A stretch of 64,000 bases of DNA from an uncultured virus (IMG/VR IMGVR_UViG_3300029922_000022) (taxonomy: Duplodnaviria; Heunggongvirae; Uroviricota; Caudoviricetes). The notes under the pieces were generated by a model, which worked only from the letters and a program-made list of their open reading frames with translations, was not told where the DNA came from and did no database searches. Where the stretch lies: IMG/VR virus record IMGVR_UViG_3300029922_000022. One strand, 5' to 3'. A program made the position numbers and the translations under genes. Positions 1 to 10,565 of the stretch are shown piece after piece. The stretch's first letter is position 1. The number at the start of each line of letters is the position of its first letter.

Positions 1-714
1 CATAATATAGCTACTAATGCAGCAAACGCTGGTACTAATGTATTACTTATTACATTAGAGATGGCTACAAGAAAAGTAATGAAGAGATTAGGTTCTATGA
101 GACTTAAAATTAAATCTGATGAGTATGATGAAAAATCAAAAGATCCAGTTTTCATGAAACAAAAATTAAATAATCTTAAATCACAATCAACTGTTGGTAA
201 TTTATTCGATGCTCAACCAGGTAAAATATTTGTTAAAAAATATAATACCAGTGATTGTACTGTTACTGATATTGATAATTATATTAAAAAATTCGAAGAA
301 GTTAAAAGAATTAAAGTTGGAATGGTAATCGTAGATTATATAAATATTATGTCAATTGAAAAAGGCTATGATATTACTAATATGCTTTACCTAAAAGGTA
401 AACATTTAGCTGAAGGATTAAGACGTGTAGCAGATAAGTATGAATGTGCAGTTATAACTGCAACTCAAACCGATAAGAGCGTTTGGGGTGCTTCTGATAT
501 TACACTTAATGCTATTCCTGAAAGTAAAGCGATAGCAGATACATCTGATTCAGTCTGGGGGATCATAAGAAATCCCGAAATGAAAAGAAATAATAGTTAT
601 AGATTAAAAATATTAAAGTTAAGAGATGGTGAACATCATGAAGAACAAGTTAGATTTGATTTTAATACAAATTTTTTAACTATGGAGAATGATGTTTTAG
701 TAGGAGTTAAATAA
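1..714 (+). CDS. Replicative DNA helicase, DnaB/T4 gp41-like (5' part outside window)
   Basis: Frame open from base 1 (HNIATNAANAGTNVLLITLEM); SF4 motifs LITLEM, VIVDYINIM, ITATQT, IPESKAIADTSD, LKLRDG. Confidence 0.9.
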   Translation, partial: HNIATNAANAGTNVLLITLEMATRKVMKRLGSMRLKIKSDEYDEKSKDPVFMKQKLNNLKSQSTVGNLFDAQPGKIFVKKYNTSDCTVTDIDNYIKKFEEVKRIKVGMVIVDYINIMSIEKGYDITNMLYLKGKHLAEGLRRVADKYECAVITATQTDKSVWGASDITLNAIPESKAIADTSDSVWGIIRNPEMKRNNSYRLKILKLRDGEHHEEQVRFDFNTNFLTMENDVLVGVK

Positions 715-720
715 TAAAAA

Positions 721-1599
721 ATGGGAAAAAGATTAACTAATGATATATTTATAGAAAGATCAAATATAATTCATAATAATTTTTATAGTTATCCAAATAC
801 TAATTATATAAATAATGATTGTTATGTGAAAATTGTATGTCCTAAACATGGAGAATTTATTCAAAATGCTAAATCTCATTTGGATGGACATGGATGCTCG
901 GAATGTGGAAATAATCATTTTACTACAATTAATTATATAGAAAAAGTTAATATTATTCATAATTTTAAATATAAATATGATAAAACTATTTTTATTAATT
1001 ATAGTAGCGATATTATTATTTATTGTGATAGACATGGATATTTTTCACAAAATACTAAACTACATTTAAATGGCCATGGATGTCCAAAATGTGCAAATAA
1101 TGTTTATACTAAAAAAGAAATATTAGAAAAAGCTAATAATATACATAATTTTAAATATAAGTATGATGATTTTGAGTTAGATAAAAGAATGAATGAAACT
1201 ATTTTAACTATTTATTGCAAAAAACATGGTAAATTTAATCAAAGATTGAACAATCATATACATCAAGCTAATGGCTGCCCGCTGTGTAGTGAATCTAAAG
1301 GTGAGATTGAAATTGAAAATATATTAATTGATAAATTTATTAAACACGAAAGACAAAAAAAATTTGAAAAATGTAAAAATAATAAAAAATTACCTTTTGA
1401 TTTTTATCTAATAGATTATAATATATGTATAGAATATGATGGTATACAGCATTATAGTCCAATATATGGAGAAGATAATTTAATTAAAACAAATAAAAAT
1501 GATAATATTAAAAATGAATTTTGCTTAAATAATAATATAAGATTAATAAGAATAAAATATGATGAGAATATCATTGAGAAATTAGAATTTCTCAAATAA
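721..1599 (+). CDS. Homing-endonuclease-like protein with CxxHG-F-Q zinc repeats and C-terminal PD-(D/E)xK/DUF559-like nuclease
   Basis: Three CPKHGEFxQ...GxGCPxC repeats; ESKGE...LPFDFYL...IEYDGIQH. Confidence 0.75.
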   Translation: MGKRLTNDIFIERSNIIHNNFYSYPNTNYINNDCYVKIVCPKHGEFIQNAKSHLDGHGCSECGNNHFTTINYIEKVNIIHNFKYKYDKTIFINYSSDIIIYCDRHGYFSQNTKLHLNGHGCPKCANNVYTKKEILEKANNIHNFKYKYDDFELDKRMNETILTIYCKKHGKFNQRLNNHIHQANGCPLCSESKGEIEIENILIDKFIKHERQKKFEKCKNNKKLPFDFYLIDYNICIEYDGIQHYSPIYGEDNLIKTNKNDNIKNEFCLNNNIRLIRIKYDENIIEKLEFLK

Positions 1600-1620
1600 A
1601 AATCAATTAATAATTAATAA

Positions 1621-2328
1621 ATGAAAAATGATGAAGAAATAAATGACGATTTGAATGAAGATTTGGATAACGATTTAGATTTGGAAGAAGATTTAGAAGA
1701 AGATTTGAATCTATTAGATGAAAATTTAGATGACTCGTCTGAAGAAGATGCATTAGTATCTGATGAATCTATTGATGAAGATGATGAAGATGATGAAGAT
1801 AATGAAATAGATATAATGGTTAAATTCAATACAAATAATCATAAAATTGAAGGTAAACATGCATTATCTAGAGATACAATATTTAAAGGTAAAGTTGAAG
1901 ATAATGTAGATCAGCAAGAATATGATTATAATATTAATCAACAAGAAGATTTTAATTTAAATGATGGATTGCCGATAGAAGCTGGATCATCGTATGAATT
2001 TGAAAGTAAACATTATGAAGATTACGTAGATAGATTAAATTTGCAAAGAGATATTTATGATTTATTAAGTGAGAAAACAGATTTGGATTTTTCTTCAAAT
2101 AGAAGAAAACCAAATAAGCAAGCATTTAACGATTATTATAGAATGTTATTAAATAATATTGGAAAAGAATATAGTAAATCTGAAATATTTGTAGAACTTT
2201 CTTATTATTTCACAGACAACATCTTCAATATGTTTAAATTATTAGATAAAGAATATGCAACACGTATAATAGTAGAATTAAAACAGCGTGGTCATTTAAC
2301 AAATTTAAACAATATAAATTTTATATGA
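1621..2328 (+). CDS. Hypothetical protein with very acidic N-terminus
   Basis: 235-aa ORF, first ~65 aa D/E-rich. Confidence 0.7.
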   Translation: MKNDEEINDDLNEDLDNDLDLEEDLEEDLNLLDENLDDSSEEDALVSDESIDEDDEDDEDNEIDIMVKFNTNNHKIEGKHALSRDTIFKGKVEDNVDQQEYDYNINQQEDFNLNDGLPIEAGSSYEFESKHYEDYVDRLNLQRDIYDLLSEKTDLDFSSNRRKPNKQAFNDYYRMLLNNIGKEYSKSEIFVELSYYFTDNIFNMFKLLDKEYATRIIVELKQRGHLTNLNNINFI

Positions 2329-3194
2329 GCAAAGTAAAAAATGTAGATGATTATATAAAAGAAGTTTCAATAATACATAATTATTATTATGATTATAGTT
2401 TAGTTTTATATATTAATGCTCATACTAAAATAAAAATTATTTGTCCAATACATGGAATATTTGAACAAGAACCTCTTAATCATAAGAGATATGGTTGTAA
2501 AAAATGTGGTAAATTATTAGATGAAAAAGTTGTATTAAATAGATGTACTAAAATACATGGAGATAGATATGATTATTCTAAATTTAAATATATTGGTATG
2601 TATAATAATTCTACTATAATATGTAAAATTCATGGTGAATTTGAACAACAAGTGATTAATCATTTAGCAGGTAAAGGTTGTCAAAAATGTGCACCAAATT
2701 ATAAAAAAGATAAAAAAACGATTTTAAATAAATTAAATAAAGTTCATAATAATAAATATGATTATTCATTGTCTATTTTTAATAGAACAAAGGATATAAT
2801 AAAAATAATATGTCCTTTACATGGAGAATTTGAACAAATATTAAATAATCATTTAAGAGGAAATGGTTGTCCTTTATGTGATGAAAGTAAAGGAGAAAGA
2901 GCGGTAGAAAGTTATCTAATAGAGCATGATATTATTTTTGAAAGACAAAAAAAATTTGAAGGTTGTATGAATAAAAGATTATTATCTTTTGATTTTTATT
3001 TACCTGATTATAATTTATGTATAGAATTCGATGGTGCTCAGCATTTTATAGAAGTTCTTAATTGGGGTAATCTTGAATATACTAAAGAAAATGATGAAAT
3101 TAAAAATATTTTTTGTTTAAATAATAATATTGATTTATATAGAATATCATATAAAGATAATATACTTGGTAGATTAAATGCCAAATTTAAATAA
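2325..3194 (+). CDS. Paralog of 721-1599, zinc-repeat PD-(D/E)xK homing-endonuclease-like protein
   Basis: CPIHGIFEQ, CKIHGEFEQ, CPLHGEFEQ repeats; ESKGE...FDFYLP...IEFDGAQH. Confidence 0.75.
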   Translation: MSKVKNVDDYIKEVSIIHNYYYDYSLVLYINAHTKIKIICPIHGIFEQEPLNHKRYGCKKCGKLLDEKVVLNRCTKIHGDRYDYSKFKYIGMYNNSTIICKIHGEFEQQVINHLAGKGCQKCAPNYKKDKKTILNKLNKVHNNKYDYSLSIFNRTKDIIKIICPLHGEFEQILNNHLRGNGCPLCDESKGERAVESYLIEHDIIFERQKKFEGCMNKRLLSFDFYLPDYNLCIEFDGAQHFIEVLNWGNLEYTKENDEIKNIFCLNNNIDLYRISYKDNILGRLNAKFK

Positions 3195-3271
3195 TATAAA
3201 AATATCAAAAACTAATATAAAAATATCTACTAATATAGTAGATTAATAATTATAAAATAAAATAGAATAGA

Positions 3272-5830
3272 ATGAGTTTTAAAAGAGAAGAAGCGTTTGA
3301 TGCAGCATTAAAATATTTCAAAGGAGATACATTAGCTGCTGATGTTTGGGTTAATAAGTATGCATTAAAAGAAACGGTAGATAATGAAACAGTTTATTAT
3401 GAGTTGACTCCTGATGATATGCATAGAAGATTAGCTAAAGAAATATATAGAATTGAATTAAAATATGAAAATCCGTTATCAGAAGATTTTATATTTGATT
3501 TGATAAAAGATTTTAAATATATTATACCTCAGGGCTCTCCAATGTCAGGGATAGGTAATGATAATCAAGTAGTGTCCATATCAAATTGTTTTGTTATTGG
3601 TAATCCTTCTGATTCTTATGGATCAATTATGCAAGTAGATGAAGAACAAATTCAATTAATGAAAAGGCGTGGAGGAGTTGGACATGATCTTTCACATATT
3701 AGGCCAGCAGGAATGCCTGTTAAAAATTCTGCATTAACTTCAACAGGTTTAGTTCCTTTTATGAGTAGATATTCAAATTCAACAAATGAAGTTGCTCAAG
3801 GAGGAAGAAGGGGTGCGTTGATGTTATCTTGTTCTGTTCTTCATCCTGATTCTGAATCATTTATTGATGCTAAATTAGAGCAAGGAAAAGTAACAGGAGC
3901 GAATATATCAATAAAATTAACGGATGAATTTATGGAAGCAGCTATGAATTCTGGAATGTTTACTCAATTATATCCAATTGATTCTGAAACTCCATTAATT
4001 ACAAAACAAATAGATGCAAATAAACTTTGGAAAAAAATTATACATAATGCATGGAAATCAGCAGAACCTGGTATATTATTTTGGGATACTGTAATGAGAG
4101 AATCTGTCGCAGATTGCTATCAAGAATATGGATATAAAACTGTATCAACAAACCCTTGTGGAGAGTTGCCATTATGCCCATATGATTCTTGTAGATTATT
4201 AGCAATAAATCTTTATAGTTATGTTATAAATCCTTTTACTAAAGATGCATATTTCGATTGGAAATTATTTAAAGAACATACAATTTATGCTGAAAGATTT
4301 ATGGATGATATTGTTGATTTGGAATCTGAAAAAATAGATAAAATTCTAGAAAAAATTGAATCTGATCCAGAAAACGAGAATACAAAAATGGTTGAAAAAG
4401 AAACATGGGTCAAAATAAAAAATATGACTATTAAAGGGCGTAGAACAGGATTAGGTGTGACTGCTGAAGGTGATATGTTAGCTGCTCTTGGTATGACTTA
4501 TGGAACAACAGAAGCAACTGATTTTTCAACAGAAGTTCATAAAAATTTAGCTGTATATGCTTATAAATCATCTGCTATTATGGCAAAAGAAAGAGGAGCA
4601 TTTTCTGTTTATAATTATAATAATGAGATAAATAATCCATTTGTTCAGAGATTGAAAGATATTGATCCTGAATTAGATACTATGATGAAAGAATATGGTA
4701 GAAGAAATATAGCATTGTTGACGATTGCGCCTACTGGTAGTGTAAGCATTTTATCTCAAACTACATCAGGTGTTGAACCTGCATATAAAGTATCATATAA
4801 GAGAAGAAGGAAGATAAATCCAAGTGATAAAAATGGTAGAGTAGACTTCATAGATGCAGAAGGACAAAAATGGGAAGAATATTACGTATTTCATAAGAAA
4901 TTTGAAGTATGGTTGGAAATAAATGGATATAATGTAGATGAAGTTAAATTAATGAAAGATGTAGATTTAAATCCAATTATTGAAAAATCACCATATTATA
5001 AAGCAACTGCTAATGATGTTAATTGGGTAGAAAAAGTAAAAATGCAAGGTAGTATTCAAAAATTTATTGATCATTCTATTTCAGTAACAGTAAATTTACC
5101 AAATAATGTAACAGAAGAACTTGTTTCAAAAGTTTATGAAACAGGATGGAAAAGTGGATGTAAAGGAATCACTGTTTATCGTGATGGATCTAGAGAAGGA
5201 GTTATCATGTCAAATGAAGGTACTACTCAAAATGTTGTATTAGAATCAGGTGAAAATAATGCAAAAAAACGTCCAAAAAAACTTGAATGCGATGTTGTTA
5301 GATTTACAAATAAAGGTGAGAAATGGATTGGATTTTTAGGATTGAATGTAGATGATAAAGGTGAAAAATATCCTTATGAATTATTTACTGGTTTGGCTGA
5401 ATCATTTCTTATTCCTGTTAGTGTAGAAAAAGGAGAAATTGTTAGATTTAAAACTGAACCAAAAAATGGTGAAGAAGGTAAGAGTAGATATGACTTTGTT
5501 TATAAAGATAAAGATGGATATAATGTGACTATGGAAGGATTAAATAGAGCTTTTAATAGAGAACTATGGAATACAAGTAAATTATTATCAGCTTTCTTAA
5601 GACATAGAATTCACTTACCAAGTGTTATTCACCTTATCGATACTTTACAAATGACAGACAATGCAGCTTTTGGTACATGGAAAAGTGGAGTGAAACGAAT
5701 TATTAAGAAATATATAAATTCTGCTGTGGTTGGAGAAAAATGTCCAAATTGCGGAGCAACTGGAGATGACTTGGTTTATGAGAATGGATGTCGGACATGC
5801 AGAAAATGTGGATATTCGCGCTGTGACTAG
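3272..5830 (+). CDS. nrdJ: Class II (adenosylcobalamin-dependent) ribonucleotide reductase
   Basis: SNCFV, GGRRGALM, TNPCGE (radical Cys), TIAPTG, DHSISVTVN, GCKGITVYRDGSR, C-terminal CPNCG...CRKCGYSRC. Confidence 0.95.
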   Translation: MSFKREEAFDAALKYFKGDTLAADVWVNKYALKETVDNETVYYELTPDDMHRRLAKEIYRIELKYENPLSEDFIFDLIKDFKYIIPQGSPMSGIGNDNQVVSISNCFVIGNPSDSYGSIMQVDEEQIQLMKRRGGVGHDLSHIRPAGMPVKNSALTSTGLVPFMSRYSNSTNEVAQGGRRGALMLSCSVLHPDSESFIDAKLEQGKVTGANISIKLTDEFMEAAMNSGMFTQLYPIDSETPLITKQIDANKLWKKIIHNAWKSAEPGILFWDTVMRESVADCYQEYGYKTVSTNPCGELPLCPYDSCRLLAINLYSYVINPFTKDAYFDWKLFKEHTIYAERFMDDIVDLESEKIDKILEKIESDPENENTKMVEKETWVKIKNMTIKGRRTGLGVTAEGDMLAALGMTYGTTEATDFSTEVHKNLAVYAYKSSAIMAKERGAFSVYNYNNEINNPFVQRLKDIDPELDTMMKEYGRRNIALLTIAPTGSVSILSQTTSGVEPAYKVSYKRRRKINPSDKNGRVDFIDAEGQKWEEYYVFHKKFEVWLEINGYNVDEVKLMKDVDLNPIIEKSPYYKATANDVNWVEKVKMQGSIQKFIDHSISVTVNLPNNVTEELVSKVYETGWKSGCKGITVYRDGSREGVIMSNEGTTQNVVLESGENNAKKRPKKLECDVVRFTNKGEKWIGFLGLNVDDKGEKYPYELFTGLAESFLIPVSVEKGEIVRFKTEPKNGEEGKSRYDFVYKDKDGYNVTMEGLNRAFNRELWNTSKLLSAFLRHRIHLPSVIHLIDTLQMTDNAAFGTWKSGVKRIIKKYINSAVVGEKCPNCGATGDDLVYENGCRTCRKCGYSRCD

Positions 5831-5900
5831 TTAATACAATTAATTTAAAATAAATCCACATATTTCACGGTTATGACTACCATAATTTAATATATAGATT

Positions 5901-6932
5901 ATGGTAAAATATAAAAAATGTGAAATATGTGGATTAACTTTTCCTTATACTACTGGAAAATTTACAATTCATTTAATGGAAGAACACAATATATCTTTAA
6001 AAGATTATATTATTAAATATGAATTAGATGGTATAACTCCAAAATGTCAATGTGGTTATTGTGATGATGATGCACCTTTTTATAGAGGTACATTTTTGAC
6101 TAAAAGTAGTGAACATAAAAAATATAAATCTTTAAAGGAAGGTTATATAAAAAAATATGGTATACCTAAATGTGTAAATTGTGGAGAAGATGTAAAATGG
6201 CATAGAGGAATACCAAATATTTATTGCTCACCAAGTTGTTTTCCTTGTCAATGGAATCAAGAGAAAGTTAAACAAACTGTTAAAGAAAGATATGGAGTAG
6301 ATAATGTATCATTTTTAGATGAAGTTAAAGAAAAAATATCAAAATCTAAAAATGAAAAAAATGAAAATGAAAAAAATGAAATTTTAAATAAAATTAAAAA
6401 AACTTGTTTAGAAAGATATGGTACAGTATCTTTTTTTAGTACTAAATTATTTTATGATAAAAATAAAACAACTATGCTTGAAAGATATGAAGTAGATCAT
6501 CCTTCTAAAATGATGAAGAATAGGGAGAGTGCAAGTAAGAGAATGATAGAAAATAATTCAAATTTTGATTTGGATTTTAGAAATTGTTATAACATTAAGA
6601 GATATAAAGATACTGATTTGTGTTATCAGAGTTCATATGAAGAAGACTTTTTAGATTTATGTGATAAGTATCAAATACTTAATAAAGTTGAAAATGGACA
6701 TACATATAAGTTTTTAGAAGAAGATTATTCATATGGATTAAGGACAATTACTGATTTTTGTATTGATGATATGGAGATTGAGATTAAATCATCTTATATA
6801 TTAGAGAAACAAGGAGGAGAAGAAGTTATTGATATAAAAAGAAAATCTGTTAAAAGAGCAGGTAAATATTATTTATTAATTTTAGATAAAAATTATTCTG
6901 AGTTTAATAAGTATTTCAAAAAATTATTTTAA
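5901..6932 (+). CDS. Homing-endonuclease-like protein (Zn fingers, ERYG repeats, PD-(D/E)xK C-terminus)
   Basis: CEIC, CQCGYC, KERYGVDN repeats; YQSSYE...TDF...EIEIKS. Confidence 0.65.
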   Translation: MVKYKKCEICGLTFPYTTGKFTIHLMEEHNISLKDYIIKYELDGITPKCQCGYCDDDAPFYRGTFLTKSSEHKKYKSLKEGYIKKYGIPKCVNCGEDVKWHRGIPNIYCSPSCFPCQWNQEKVKQTVKERYGVDNVSFLDEVKEKISKSKNEKNENEKNEILNKIKKTCLERYGTVSFFSTKLFYDKNKTTMLERYEVDHPSKMMKNRESASKRMIENNSNFDLDFRNCYNIKRYKDTDLCYQSSYEEDFLDLCDKYQILNKVENGHTYKFLEEDYSYGLRTITDFCIDDMEIEIKSSYILEKQGGEEVIDIKRKSVKRAGKYYLLILDKNYSEFNKYFKKLF

Positions 6933-7065
6933 AATATGAGTAATTTAATATTTAATTTGAGGATTTATAAGTATCATTTTCAAATAACAAAGAAATTAAG
7001 AATGAGTATTTCTTATAATGAAAGTTATGATTTTCATAAAGATCCGTTCATAAGATTATTCAAAT

Positions 7066-7096
7066 AAAAAACTACTAATTTAATTAGTAGTTTTTT
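7066..7096. terminator. Bidirectional intrinsic terminator
   Basis: aaaaaactactaatt/taattagtagtttttt inverted repeat between convergent genes. Confidence 0.7.
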
Positions 7097-7110
7097 ATTT
7101 TGTGAATTTT

Positions 7111-7338
7111 TTATTCTTCATTATCAATTAACTTACAACCTTCTAAATGACAAAAATCATCTATGTGACAATCATAACAACAAGTTAAATTTGGACAATT
7201 ACTTTCCACAATTCTAAACACTTTTTATCCAAGTTCATCGTATAGTTGATTGAATATTTTAGTTAACATTCTTGAATTAGGTTCAGTCAATAATGGACAG
7301 TTATTGCAATTAGAATCACATACTCTATCATTTTTCAT
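7111..7338 (-). pseudogene. Small Cys-rich ORF interrupted by in-frame TAA at 7225-7227
   Basis: MKNDRVCDSNCNNCPLL...LYDELG*KVFRIVESNCPNLTCCYDCHIDDFCHLEGC...; frame continues after the stop. Confidence 0.6.
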
Positions 7339-7356
7339 AAATTTTACTTTTTAAAT

Positions 7357-7389
7357 AAAAAAAGTCACTCAATTTGAGTGACTTTTTTT
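7357..7389 (-). terminator. Intrinsic terminator after AAA ATPase
   Basis: aaaaaagtcactcaa-t-ttgagtgactttttt. Confidence 0.75.
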
Positions 7390-7401
7390 ATTAATTATTA
7401 A

Positions 7402-8679
7402 TTATTTTTTATCATCACTATCATCACTATCATCAACATGTTTGAAGATAGATTCTCTAAATTTATTAAACCTCTTATCTGCTAAGAATTTTTGTGCAGC
7501 TTTATTTGTTTTAGAGTCTTCAGATAAAGTATATTCTGTATCAAGAACATGAAGTAAATAACCTACAACTTCATCATCTGAAATGGTTCCAAGAAATTTG
7601 ATAAGATTTTCAACTTCTTTAGATTTCAATACTGAAACACTACGTTCTTTCATGTTTGCAAGAAGTTCAGATTTTTTATCACGATTGAAGTTTTTGATGT
7701 CATCAATAATATCATCAAAACGATTAAGAACATCATCAAGAGTTATTTTAAGAGTATCTTCACAATATCTAATGAATTGTACATTTGATGCACCAACATA
7801 ACCATGACCAATTTCTTTAATGTCATTTATCCAAGTACGAATAGATGGGAATTTTTTGACCATTATTGAGTTACCTTTTTCATCTTTTATAGAATTTCCA
7901 GAAACATCAGTTTTTTCAACAAATCCTCCAAAATTTTCAAAAATATAATCACTTAAAAAAGTCCAAGAACGAGGTGTAGCATATGCTTTATTCGTTTTAT
8001 TTGTGATGTTCCTTTGATCAGGTTTTTTATAATAATGTTCAGTTTGATTTTTCAAAAATTGAACAATTATTGGAGCTACATTTTTATTTGCATATTGATC
8101 AGCCCATTCTGTAAATGGTAAAGTATGTTCAATATGAATTAAACGATTATTAAGAGCTTGATCAAATTCTTCTACATCTGTACCATCTTCTTCTCCAAGG
8201 TTACCAGAAGAACACATAAATACATTTGAATTAAAAGCGAAAAATGAACCAATTTCTCTTTCAAGTAATATTTGAAGAGCAGCATTCCTTACTGCAAGAG
8301 TAGAACGATTTAATTCTTCAAAGTGAATAATGGTCGGACGTTTATTAGCTTCATATGCCCATTTAGGTGCAACGTGAGCTAACATTCGTTGCATTTTACC
8401 ATCTACCATTTCTTCATCCAATGATGGGTATAACCCTACATCTGTTTCATCAATCATTGATAACCTGATATCAAAATATTGAAATCCTACTTTATTCGCA
8501 ATTGATCTCATAATTGCAGACTTGGCATAACCAGGAGGAGATGTTATAAAAAGAACTCCACTTTTGGAATTCATAATTTTAAAATACCTTTTCTCTCTTT
8601 CTGATAGAGATTCATACCCTTCTGGAAATCTGTTAGCTGGAGTCAGTGTTACACCTTTACCCATGTTTTTTTCTGTCAT
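7402..8679 (-). CDS. MoxR-type AAA+ ATPase
   Basis: Walker A variant SPPGYAKS, Walker B IIHFEELNR, SSGN, ALNNR, ATPRSW. Confidence 0.85.
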   Translation of the reverse strand: MTEKNMGKGVTLTPANRFPEGYESLSEREKRYFKIMNSKSGVLFITSPPGYAKSAIMRSIANKVGFQYFDIRLSMIDETDVGLYPSLDEEMVDGKMQRMLAHVAPKWAYEANKRPTIIHFEELNRSTLAVRNAALQILLEREIGSFFAFNSNVFMCSSGNLGEEDGTDVEEFDQALNNRLIHIEHTLPFTEWADQYANKNVAPIIVQFLKNQTEHYYKKPDQRNITNKTNKAYATPRSWTFLSDYIFENFGGFVEKTDVSGNSIKDEKGNSIMVKKFPSIRTWINDIKEIGHGYVGASNVQFIRYCEDTLKITLDDVLNRFDDIIDDIKNFNRDKKSELLANMKERSVSVLKSKEVENLIKFLGTISDDEVVGYLLHVLDTEYTLSEDSKTNKAAQKFLADKRFNKFRESIFKHVDDSDDSDDKK

Positions 8680-8745
8680 AATTAATTCAATTTAATTTTA
8701 ATTTAATATTTATTATTTAATTGATGTTTTGTTTTTTATACATTA

Positions 8746-8753
8746 CAAAGATA
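8746..8753 (-). promoter_or_regulatory. Bacteroidota sigma-70 -7 element (TATCTTTG)
   Basis: Matches TAnnTTTG upstream of the AAA gene; same element at 10299, 13876, 14662, 61134 (minus) and 41677, 53088, 61247 (plus). Confidence 0.7.
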
Positions 8754-8911
8754 CTACTTATTTCTGATATAAAAAAATATTTTTGTACTTATTATTAAAG
8801 AATATCATCATATTCTTCATTTTTATTTTTATTTTTTTCTATTGTATTATTAATTAAGTTTTTATCATCTTCTGAATTTTTATCATAAAATGTATCAATA
8901 GAATTTTTTAA

Positions 8912-9916
8912 TTATTCATTTACATTTTCTTCATTTTCTTCATCAGTTAATGTTTTTAAATATTCTTGAGCTTTATCATCTTTTATTTTTTTGAAAATAG
9001 GAACCAAATAGTCAATGATATATTCAAACCGTTCTGTTTCATTTTTAAATTCCCAATCTTTTACAGATTTTAAATCAACATCATATAATATTGATAATAC
9101 ATCATAATCTTGTATAATATCTGGTATAGTATCGCCATATTCAATTTTTACGATATTTTCAGTATCAATTATAGTATCTTTAAATATTAAAGTTGCAGTA
9201 TATGAATAATCATTATTATCTGTTAGATATACATTAATTCTATCTTTCTCCAAGGATAATACTTTAATTATACAAACATAAGGTTTATCATTAATTTTTA
9301 TCCATGTCTCAGGATTAATTAAATTTCCTATTATTTTTTGTAATTCTACCTCAAATGAAAAATCTTGTTTTTCATATTCAATTATACTTTCAAAATACTC
9401 TTTTAAAAGTTTAATTAAGTCATTATCATATGCTAATAATGCATCTTTTCTATCCTTAACATCATTCTCTATTTGCTTAGCATATTTATCCCATAATTCT
9501 TTCTGATGATCTATATGTTCCTTCTTTTTAGCTTCTTCATAAGCTTCAGGATCTTTCTTATATAAAAGAGAATCTTTTACTTCTAATATTCTATACTCAT
9601 CTTTTATACTTTCAATAAAATTAGAAAACTCAATATTTTTAATCAATTTATTATTTAATTTACTAGATAATAAATTAACATCAGTTTCTTCTGTGAAATA
9701 AATAGCAGGTGCAAATTTTTCAATTTTAATTGAACATTGCTCAATTAATTCCTCAACTATTTTCAATGGAGAAAATTCTAATGAATCTGTATTTAATTCT
9801 AACCCATTTTTAATTAAGTAAATGAGACTACCACTTGGCTCAATCGTAGATATAATATGATAATTATATTCTACATCTTGCGTAAATAATGATAATAAAT
9901 CTTGTTTTTTGCCCAT
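8912..9916 (-). CDS. Hypothetical protein
   Basis: Long ORF; likely start MGKKQ at 9916. Confidence 0.65.
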   Translation of the reverse strand: MGKKQDLLSLFTQDVEYNYHIISTIEPSGSLIYLIKNGLELNTDSLEFSPLKIVEELIEQCSIKIEKFAPAIYFTEETDVNLLSSKLNNKLIKNIEFSNFIESIKDEYRILEVKDSLLYKKDPEAYEEAKKKEHIDHQKELWDKYAKQIENDVKDRKDALLAYDNDLIKLLKEYFESIIEYEKQDFSFEVELQKIIGNLINPETWIKINDKPYVCIIKVLSLEKDRINVYLTDNNDYSYTATLIFKDTIIDTENIVKIEYGDTIPDIIQDYDVLSILYDVDLKSVKDWEFKNETERFEYIIDYLVPIFKKIKDDKAQEYLKTLTDEENEENVNE

Positions 9917-10099
9917 TTTATTTTTTGTTTTTAAATAATAATTTTGTATATATTTTGCTAATATATTCAATATAATCTTTTCCTGATATAATATATGGAA
10001 TAGTTGTGAATATAGCTGATATAAAAAATACTATTAATATAATAAACCATAATACGCTTTCATATAATCTATATGAGTATTTTTTTAATGCTTTCATGT

Positions 10100-10279
10100 T
10101 TAAAATTTTTTGTTTTTTATAGAGTAATAAACAGAATAAGGAAATATTATCAAATTCATTAAAAATGTACGAATTAAATTGCTAAATTTCTTACCCAAAT
10201 TACCCATTTTATACGTTCTGTGTAAACAATAAATAGCCCATATTATAGCTAAAATTAAATATATCAGTATATAAATCAT
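10100..10279 (-). CDS. Small membrane protein
   Basis: Two hydrophobic segments; start moved to ATG 10279, downstream of the TAnnTTTG element at 10299. Confidence 0.55.
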   Translation of the reverse strand: MIYILIYLILAIIWAIYCLHRTYKMGNLGKKFSNLIRTFLMNLIIFPYSVYYSIKNKKF

Positions 10280-10403
10280 GTTTATGTTTTTTGTACTACA
10301 AAAGTAATAAAAAAATCTGATATACCATAGTAAAATCAAACTATTTTTTAAAAAAAAGATAAACTTTTATCTTTTTTGATTATATATTATTTATATATAA
10401 AAT

Positions 10404-10565
10404 ATGAAAAATATGAAAAAACTAAAAAATATGAAAATTGATGAAAAATTGCATACAGAATTAAAAAAATATGCAACTGAAAATTCATTAAAATTAAATG
10501 ATTGGGTTGAAAAAATAATCAAAAAAGAATTCGAAAAAATAAAACAAAATAATAATGATTATTGA
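10404..10565 (+). CDS. Small ribbon-helix-helix-like DNA-binding protein (not in ORF track)
   Basis: MKNMKKLKNMKIDEKLHTELKKYATENSLKLNDWVEKIIKKEFEK; overlaps start of next nuclease gene. Confidence 0.6.
   Translation: MKNMKKLKNMKIDEKLHTELKKYATENSLKLNDWVEKIIKKEFEKIKQNNNDY

Noticed and set aside
3272..5830. Intein or intron in nrdJ
   Set aside because: Continuous ORF of normal length with no intein splice motifs seen.
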